IMG/VR virus record: IMGVR_UViG_3300042923_000762
Span: 1-63,480 of that record
Length of the DNA: 63,480 bases
Reading direction: 5' to 3' (one strand)
Source of the DNA: a virus
Lineage: Duplodnaviria > Caudoviricetes
The position numbers and the translations under genes are program-made. Positions 57,170-63,480 of the stretch are shown here, one piece after another. Position 1 is the first letter of the stretch, and the number at the start of each line of letters is the position of its first letter. The notes under the pieces are model-generated. The model was given only the letters and a program-made list of their open reading frames with translations. It had not been told where the DNA came from and did not search any database.

Positions 57170-58540
57170 ATGTCGCAAGAAGCAGATTTAGGGTTACGTA
57201 GTAAGTTCACTGTCAGAACTTCTGACAGGCGCGTCTTTCGTCGATGTCCAAGAAAATGGGCTTTTCAATCATCGATGAAGGGCAATTGGAAAAGCATGGG
57301 TACAGAACAGAATTTGAATTTCTGGTTTGGCTCAGCAATCCATTTTGCAATGGAAGATTATCACGGATGGAATCGATTCAAAGATCCCCGTAGAGCATTC
57401 CATGCATACTATAATGCATTTCCTTCAGAAGAATTACCTGGAGGGGCCCCCGGTGTGTATGAATTAGGTATGTCAATGCTTAGTTACTATTTGACATGGT
57501 ATCCTAAGCACAATGATGTAGCTGGCTTTGAAACTGTTTGGTTTGATAAGGATAGAAATCCTGTCGCACCATTTAGTGAGGGAGCAGAACCTGGAGTAGA
57601 ACAGTCATTTTACATTCCGCTTAATGTATGGGTAGCAACAACTATCGATACAGATGAGATTGTTGAGACCTATTGGGATAAAGAGAGTCTTCCTTGGACA
57701 GAGGATCCCGACGGAGAAGTTATTGTACAGGGTAAGCGTTGTCGCGTCATTCCTATCATGTATCATGGTACTATGGACCGTATTGTCATAGATAAGTATG
57801 GTCGTTGGTGGATTCTCGATTATAAGACGGCTAAGGGAGCAGATACAAATAAGCTTGACACTGATGATCAGATCAGTGCTTATTTATGGGCTGCCGCTCA
57901 ATGGTTTGGTCATGAGTTTTATGGCTTCATCTATCTGCAGTTAACTAAGGATATGGTACAAGAGCCTAAGAGATTGAAGGATATGTCCTTGAGTGTAGAT
58001 AAGAAACAGAAAACTACATACAGTCTCTTAAAGCAGGAGATCATTAAGGATTATGGCAGGGTAAATGCTGCGCCTGACAAACTTATTCAGTTCTTAAATC
58101 ATATGGCTGAACAAGAGGCACCAGAGGGTGATAGATTTATCCGTTGGGATTTCGTAAAAAGAAATAGACAACAGATTGATGCTACCTATAGACACATCTT
58201 AGGGGAGTTATCTATCATGCTTTTACCTAATTTGTATGCCTATCCTACACCTAACAGAGATTGTATCTGGGAGTGTTCTATCAGGGACATTTGTATTGCT
58301 CAGGATAAGGGAGATCAGGAAACAATTGATCTGGCTATGTCACATTATGAAAAGAGACCGCATACGGAAGATGGTAATATTGAACCTTGGAGAGAAAATC
58401 TTCATTATCCGGAGTCAGAGGATGATCTTATCCCGCTAGAAGATATACTAATGTTAGATCAGTGTATGCGTATTGAGTTAGAGAGTAGTACAGAAGATAC
58501 TTCGGGATTTAAGTTCTTATATGGGGAGGATGAAGAATAA
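57170..58540 (+). CDS. PD-(D/E)XK Cas4/AddB-like exonuclease
   Basis: RRCPRKW, GSAIH, GTMDRI, LDYKT, QISAY; C-terminal C...C.....C. Confidence 0.85.
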   Translation: MSQEADLGLRSKFTVRTSDRRVFRRCPRKWAFQSSMKGNWKSMGTEQNLNFWFGSAIHFAMEDYHGWNRFKDPRRAFHAYYNAFPSEELPGGAPGVYELGMSMLSYYLTWYPKHNDVAGFETVWFDKDRNPVAPFSEGAEPGVEQSFYIPLNVWVATTIDTDEIVETYWDKESLPWTEDPDGEVIVQGKRCRVIPIMYHGTMDRIVIDKYGRWWILDYKTAKGADTNKLDTDDQISAYLWAAAQWFGHEFYGFIYLQLTKDMVQEPKRLKDMSLSVDKKQKTTYSLLKQEIIKDYGRVNAAPDKLIQFLNHMAEQEAPEGDRFIRWDFVKRNRQQIDATYRHILGELSIMLLPNLYAYPTPNRDCIWECSIRDICIAQDKGDQETIDLAMSHYEKRPHTEDGNIEPWRENLHYPESEDDLIPLEDILMLDQCMRIELESSTEDTSGFKFLYGEDEE

Positions 58541-58935
58541 TGAATGGACAATCAGTTAAAAAACATTCCAAAGAGGCGCATGAGGCTCCTATGAATAATC
58601 GTTCATCAAAAGAGCCTATTCGTTATGATTACAAAAAGATGTATATGGATCTTCTAGTTAAGCATAATGGTATGGTAACAGAGCACAATCAGCTGGTTGA
58701 TAAGACACATGGCTTGATGAGTTTCATCATCCTGCAATGTGGTGTATTACATGCTGCGATTACAGGTCAACCTGATGGTGATCCTTTGGAACCTATTTCC
58801 AAGATCATTGTTGATGAGGGAAATACTGATTTAGTATTCATGCTTAACGGACTTATCACGTTTGTAAACAAGATTAAAGAAACTGGCGATGTTAAACTTG
58901 CTCAGGCTGAGTGGGAAAAATACATTGCACAATAA
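58540..58935 (+). CDS. Hypothetical protein
   Basis: Coupled ORF in the recombination operon. Confidence 0.7.
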   Translation: MNGQSVKKHSKEAHEAPMNNRSSKEPIRYDYKKMYMDLLVKHNGMVTEHNQLVDKTHGLMSFIILQCGVLHAAITGQPDGDPLEPISKIIVDEGNTDLVFMLNGLITFVNKIKETGDVKLAQAEWEKYIAQ

Positions 58936-58947
58936 GGAGGAGTAATT

Positions 58948-60003
58948 ATGGCAAGTATTTCAGGAGCACCCATCCAGGGTGGTACAGCACAGACACAACA
59001 AATGGTAGCAGCTGAAGTAAAGAAGGCAGAACAAATAGTGAATGGAACTATTCCTGTTCCCGTAGCTACACCAGAGACAATTGATCCTTCTTTATTAACC
59101 CCAAGACCGGACGCTAATCAGCCCTTTATTGCGAGAGACCTTGAATTTGCTACTGACTGGTTATCAATGTTAATTTATGGTGACTTCGGTGTAGGTAAAA
59201 CTTATCTCGCAGGTTCCTCCGTATTTGTTGAGGACTATACTGATATACTCTATGTAGCTTTAGAGGGTGGTGAAAAAGGACTCAAGCAGCTCGTTAAAGA
59301 TGGCCGTGCTCGTGGTATTGATGTCTTATCCAAGATATTAGTTATCCCAGTACAAACATTTAAGCAGTATGGTAATATCTACGAATTCTTAAAACTTCAC
59401 GTTAAGTTCCGTGATTCTGGTGATGTGCTTAATCTTCGTAGACTTGAGGCTCAGATTAAGGGCTACGCACCAGAAGTGTGTAAAGATGATAATCTTTTAG
59501 CACAAGTTATTCCGCGCCCTAAAATGCTTCGGACAGTAATCACTGACTCTTTAACAGAGGCTCAGAAGTATTGTATGTATCAGCTTCTTGGTATTGATCC
59601 TTTGAAACAGCGTATCGATGCTGAACCTGATCAGGCTCAATATGCTGACTGGGGACGTTCACGAGAGATGATCCAGTTCTTGGTAAGAAGATTGCGTGAT
59701 CTACCCATCAACAGTATTTTCATCTGTGGACAAGATACAGATCAAGATGCCGCTAAGAAATGGTTTTATACTCCATTACTTCCTGGTAAATTAGCTGGAG
59801 ATGTTCGTGGCTTAGTTGACTGTGTAGGTTATCTCATTAATGCTCCACAGGACGGCGGCACATTGGCCAGAAAGCTTTATATGGTTGGCGGTTGGTATGG
59901 AAATGCTAACATTGCCGCTAAGCATAGATTCGGTAATAATTTGAAGGGACCTGCAATTGATAATCCCTCCATGCAAGCGATCTATGATTTGGACAATAAA
60001 TAA
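58948..60003 (+). CDS. AAA/RecA-like ATPase (Sak4-like recombination protein)
   Basis: LIYGDFGVGKT Walker A, VITDSLT Walker B; sits between the exonuclease and SSB genes. Confidence 0.8.
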   Translation: MASISGAPIQGGTAQTQQMVAAEVKKAEQIVNGTIPVPVATPETIDPSLLTPRPDANQPFIARDLEFATDWLSMLIYGDFGVGKTYLAGSSVFVEDYTDILYVALEGGEKGLKQLVKDGRARGIDVLSKILVIPVQTFKQYGNIYEFLKLHVKFRDSGDVLNLRRLEAQIKGYAPEVCKDDNLLAQVIPRPKMLRTVITDSLTEAQKYCMYQLLGIDPLKQRIDAEPDQAQYADWGRSREMIQFLVRRLRDLPINSIFICGQDTDQDAAKKWFYTPLLPGKLAGDVRGLVDCVGYLINAPQDGGTLARKLYMVGGWYGNANIAAKHRFGNNLKGPAIDNPSMQAIYDLDNK

Positions 60004-60030
60004 ATTGAAAAAGAAAAAAGCATCCTAACT

Positions 60031-60060
60031 CGTTAAAAATCTTAGATTTTTTAATATTAT
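60031..60060 (+). promoter_or_regulatory. Phage-type promoter CGTTAAAAAT-N14-TATTAT
   Basis: Exact consensus, followed by TATAAGATA. Confidence 0.75.
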
Positions 60061-60067
60061 ATTATTA

Positions 60068-60520
60068 TAAGATAGAAAATCAAAAAGCTATTTTATTTCC
60101 TGGTAGTGGTTTGGCACAGATAAAAATGAGGAATGTAACAAAGTGTCTAAGAGACAGAATCATTCCACTACACAAATGGAGCTCCTTTTTAAATATGTTT
60201 TGGTTGATTGGATGTGCTAAGCACCAATAGCTGAGTGATGATCAGCTATTGTAAGCACGCAAGATGTATCTCAATTCCCCTCCCCTGAAAAGAGATATGT
60301 CTTACGTGCTTACAATTACTGATCATTTTAATGTAATATGCGTACGGGACACTCATTGGAACCCGTTCGATGGCGAGACGCTCCAGGTTCTCCTGAGTAA
60401 CAATTGCTTGACGGAGATTTATGTTAGGACTGGTGCATTAAAAATCAGTAATAAATGCGGTAAAATATGCGGGTGGATGGTCAGAGTTAACCGCACTGAT
60501 CGGTCGGGCGAAGGATGGTG
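60068..60520 (+). ncRNA. Candidate structured RNA or long leader with a 35-bp stem and C-rich loop
   Basis: 60238-60272 pairs with 60292-60326; loop AATTCCCCTCCCCTGAAAA; further stems; directly after a promoter. Confidence 0.55.
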
Positions 60521-60534
60521 TAGGAGGCTAATTT

Positions 60535-61050
60535 ATGTCAAGTTTTAATTTAGGTCCAGAAGAAGAAACAAAGAACGTAGGCGTTGGTGCACAGAATGAT
60601 ACTGGCGCAATGGTATTTGATCTCGATTCCGTAAGTGATCAAGCTTCGTCTTTTGAAGTATTGCCAAAGGGTACTTACAATGCAGTAGTTGAAGAGTTCG
60701 AGTTTACGGAATCTCAGTCCAGTGGAGCACCGATGTGTAAAGCGGTTTATTCCATTACTGATGAAGAGTATGCTGAGCGTAAGATCTTTGATTACTATGT
60801 TTTAACCGGTGAAGGAGCTAAATTCTCCATGCCTAAGTTGAAGCAGTTACTTACAAGAGTTTGTCCTGAGACTCCTCTTAATGGTTTCAATCCTCAGCAG
60901 TTTGCAGATTCTGGTGTTATCATTAATCGTGGATGCCAGTTAGTTCTTGGTATTCAGACCCAGAAGAAGGGTGATTACAAGGGCGAGAAGAGAAACAATG
61001 TTAAGGAGATCTTGGCAGCTAACAACGTAGCTGGAAGCTTCTTAGGCTAA
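60535..61050 (+). CDS. DUF669-like putative single-stranded DNA-binding protein
   Basis: FEVLPKGTYNAVV...SQSSGAPM...RNNVK; follows the Sak4-like gene. Confidence 0.75.
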   Translation: MSSFNLGPEEETKNVGVGAQNDTGAMVFDLDSVSDQASSFEVLPKGTYNAVVEEFEFTESQSSGAPMCKAVYSITDEEYAERKIFDYYVLTGEGAKFSMPKLKQLLTRVCPETPLNGFNPQQFADSGVIINRGCQLVLGIQTQKKGDYKGEKRNNVKEILAANNVAGSFLG

Positions 61051-61058
61051 TACAGGAT

Positions 61059-61091
61059 GGGAGCGTGCTGTTATAGGCGCTCCCTTCTTTT
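61059..61091 (+). terminator. Intrinsic terminator
   Basis: gggagcgt...gcgctccc-ttctttt. Confidence 0.7.
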
Positions 61092-61130
61092 TGTACGTTA
61101 TCGGAGAGAAAACAGCAAAGGAGAACAAAT

Positions 61131-62099
61131 ATGTTCAATAAGTATCAGGATCAAGCGTGTGGTACCTTTAAGGTACATAAAGCATTAACTCCTCACCAGT
61201 CAGAATTACTCGATTGGAATAGTGGTCTCGGTGGAGAAGTAGGAGAAGTACAGGAAATTATTAAGCACCATGTCTATTCAGATGAACCTCTAGATAAAAT
61301 GCATCTGGCTAAAGAATTAGGTGATGTTCTGTGGTATATTTCAGCAATGGCAAAATCTAATGATATTGCACTCGAAGATATAGCTTCCTTGAATTTAGCA
61401 AAATTAAGTCATCGCTATGATGGTGGCGGCTATGATAACGCTAAGAGCTTAAGTCGACATGAGAAGGAGGAATTATTTAAAAATTCTCCCATTTATCGTG
61501 TATTGGAAGCCCGCATTAATAAACACGGAGTTGACGCACCAGTAAATATTATCTTCTTGGGGCCTGATGGGTCCGGCAAGACAACCATTTCGAAAGAAGT
61601 AGCTAAGAGATTGGGATTCACTTACCAGAAATGTGATTATCGTCAGCCGCGTAAACCTGAATTAGCTTTATCCCTTCTCAAATCTCAGACTAACATGGTC
61701 TATGATCGTTTCTATTATCCGGATGACATGTTGTATTGTAAGGTCAAGGGCATCGAACAAGAAGCTTCTTATTGGGCACAATATGACGCTGTAGATGATA
61801 TGTTATTGCAACTCAACACTATCATCGTGTATATTGATGCCTCTGATGAGGTATTAAAGCAACGTAGTAAGGTTTGGGCGGATGATTACGTAGCAACAAC
61901 AGATTTACCTCATATCAAGGAGTTGTATGATAATTTCCTCACATTCGCTCAAGAGGAAGAAAAGCTGGCCGTATTACAATATGATACTTCAAACATAGAA
62001 GCAGAATCTATGGATTATCAGATTCTGATAGACATGATTATTGAAGATATCGATATAGAGCGGGCAAGATTTGGAGGTGTAAAGAATGCAGATAACTAA
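61131..62099 (+). CDS. MazG-like NTP pyrophosphohydrolase fused to a dNMP (thymidylate kinase-like) kinase
   Basis: GEVGEV.E...ELGDVLWY; GPDGSGKTT and YDRF motifs. Confidence 0.85.
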   Translation: MFNKYQDQACGTFKVHKALTPHQSELLDWNSGLGGEVGEVQEIIKHHVYSDEPLDKMHLAKELGDVLWYISAMAKSNDIALEDIASLNLAKLSHRYDGGGYDNAKSLSRHEKEELFKNSPIYRVLEARINKHGVDAPVNIIFLGPDGSGKTTISKEVAKRLGFTYQKCDYRQPRKPELALSLLKSQTNMVYDRFYYPDDMLYCKVKGIEQEASYWAQYDAVDDMLLQLNTIIVYIDASDEVLKQRSKVWADDYVATTDLPHIKELYDNFLTFAQEEEKLAVLQYDTSNIEAESMDYQILIDMIIEDIDIERARFGGVKNADN

Positions 62100-62532
62100 A
62101 GAAGTAACTTTTGATTGTGCTCATATGTTATCAGGGCATAAGGGTTTATGTGCTAATCTTCATGGACATACTTACAAGATGCAGGTAACTGTAGAAGGTA
62201 AATTAGTCGATGAAGGTTCTTCGGAGGGTATGTTAATTGATTTCTCTGACCTAAAGAAGGCGATTGAAGAGTGCGTTATGAAGAGATTTGATCACGCCGT
62301 TATATTCAGTACAGCGCATTATCGTAACGAGGCAGAAGAAGATCTGTTATGCTGGGCGGAGAAAAATAACATGCACCGCCTCATACTTAACGAGAGATCG
62401 ACTGCTGAGAGTATGTCCGTACAGATCCGGGATGAGATTAAGAACTACTTGTACTATGAACTAAAGCTTTACAATATTTCGGAAGTGCACATCAAGCTGT
62501 GGGAGACACCTACATCTTTCGCGGAGGTATAA
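62086..62532 (+). CDS. queD: 6-carboxytetrahydropterin synthase
   Basis: FDCAH, CANLHGHTY, IDFSDLK, FDH, STAE and WETP motifs. Confidence 0.95.
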   Translation: MQITKEVTFDCAHMLSGHKGLCANLHGHTYKMQVTVEGKLVDEGSSEGMLIDFSDLKKAIEECVMKRFDHAVIFSTAHYRNEAEEDLLCWAEKNNMHRLILNERSTAESMSVQIRDEIKNYLYYELKLYNISEVHIKLWETPTSFAEV

Positions 62533-62533
62533 C

Positions 62534-63130
62534 ATGAGAATAGTAGAAGTATTTACGAGTATACAGGGTGAAGGTGGATTTATGGGAATGCCGGCCACCT
62601 TCATCAGGACTATGGGATGTAATTTAAAGTGTGATTTCTGTGATACTAAGAAATCATGGAAGCCGGGCGAAATGGTTGAGGGTGAAGATTTAACTCTCGA
62701 TGAGATCGTAGCAAAAGTACCTGATAATATCACATTGGTGGTTATCACAGGAGGAGAGCCTACAATCCAGCCTCAACTTGGGAATTTGATTGATAAGCTG
62801 CATCTGGCTGATAAGCATGTAGCTGTCGAAACTAATGGTACGATGGAGGTAGACGGTGAAGTCGACTGGGTCACGTGTTCCCCTAAAGCTGATGCTAATT
62901 ACATTATTAATTCTTTCTGTCGTCCTAATGAGCTTAAGTATGTTGTTACTCCGGATTTTGATCCTGCAGTAATAACTGAACCTATTCGGAAGTTATACGC
63001 GGGTAGGATTTGGCTACAGCCGGAAGGTAGCGACATACAGAATATGTGGAAACGCTGTTATGAAATAGCAATGGCAGACCCAAGATTACGTGTAGGCGTA
63101 CAGCTACACAAGTTAATGGAGGTAGAATAA
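62534..63130 (+). CDS. queE: 7-carboxy-7-deazaguanine synthase (radical SAM)
   Basis: SIQGEG, GCNLKCDFCDT, ITGGEP, ETNG and QLHK motifs. Confidence 0.95.
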   Translation: MRIVEVFTSIQGEGGFMGMPATFIRTMGCNLKCDFCDTKKSWKPGEMVEGEDLTLDEIVAKVPDNITLVVITGGEPTIQPQLGNLIDKLHLADKHVAVETNGTMEVDGEVDWVTCSPKADANYIINSFCRPNELKYVVTPDFDPAVITEPIRKLYAGRIWLQPEGSDIQNMWKRCYEIAMADPRLRVGVQLHKLMEVE

Positions 63131-63480
63131 TGTTATCTGAGAATCTTGATAAAGATTATTTACGTATGCAACGTATGGATGCTGTAACTATGTTACTTAA
63201 GACTATCCCGAACGAAGATGCTTTTCGTGAGGGTCTTCTTGAAACTCCTCATCGTGTAGCTAAAATGTATGATGAGATTTTCGGTGGTTATGAAATGGAT
63301 CCTTCTGTAATCTTAAGCAAGTCATTCGACGCGGGCAAGATGCATGATGATGAATGCGACGAAGCTGATGTTTATGCTAATGGTATTGTCATTGTCAGAG
63401 ACATCCCTTTTTACAGTCATTGCGAGCATCATATGGTACCCTTCTTCGGAAAGGCCCATATTGCTTACATAGCCAATGAA
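63130..63480 (+). CDS. folE: GTP cyclohydrolase I, 5' part (continues across the junction to 406; missed by ORF track)
   Basis: MLSENL...REGLLETPHRVAKMY...[14 protein letters not shown]. Confidence 0.95.
   Translation, partial: MLSENLDKDYLRMQRMDAVTMLLKTIPNEDAFREGLLETPHRVAKMYDEIFGGYEMDPSVILSKSFDAGKMHDDECDEADVYANGIVIVRDIPFYSHCEHHMVPFFGKAHIAYIANE
63354..63480. repeat. Terminal direct overlap (copy 2)
   Basis: Identical to 1-127. Confidence 0.97.

Noticed and set aside
57170-58540. CRISPR-Cas system suggested by the Cas4-like nuclease
   Set aside because: No repeat-spacer array or other cas genes were seen; the context is the usual exonuclease, Sak4-like ATPase and SSB module.
60068-60520. tRNA, retron msr-msd or group I intron
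   Set aside because: No cloverleaf or T-loop was seen, no reverse transcriptase is encoded, and the flanking genes are intact.
60264-60548. 94-aa ORF as a real gene
   Set aside because: It has no RBS, its start is buried in the 35-bp stem, and it overlaps the SSB start; it is not fully excluded.
1-63480. Stop-codon reassignment
   Set aside because: Core genes are full length in the standard code and end in TAA, TAG or TGA.

Overview
Apparently complete circular or circularly permuted tailed dsDNA phage genome of about 63,353 bp. Bases 1-127 are repeated exactly at 63354-63480, and folE runs across that junction. It is AT-rich and siphovirus-like, with Firmicutes-type RBSs and sigma-A promoters. 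SpoIIID, SleB and sporulation-type sigma homologues point to a spore-forming host. No integrase or repressor was seen. Layout: (i) 7-deazaguanine DNA-modification cluster across the junction (MazG/kinase fusion, queD, queE, folE, queC, NDT-like, TGT/DpdA-like), followed by a UDG-domain family A polymerase; (ii) a minus-strand morphogenesis and lysis block of about 24 kb (30.3 kb to 6.1 kb); (iii) a repeat- and palindrome-rich putative early/terminal region (30.4-36.5 kb); (iv) small accessory genes, primase-helicase and ligase on the minus strand; (v) plus-strand regulation and replication genes. Most notable: a sigma factor fused in frame to a RuvC-like nuclease; seven exactly spaced CGTTAAWAAT-N14-TAWWAT phage promoters; a dispersed GC-rich intergenic element (about 10 copies) that precedes three paralogous tandem-HTH genes; a promoter-driven structured RNA with a C-rich anti-SD loop; a nested overprinted gene; and a possible nucleotide-level deazaguanine pathway. 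All calls come from reading motifs by eye; no searches or folding programs were run.
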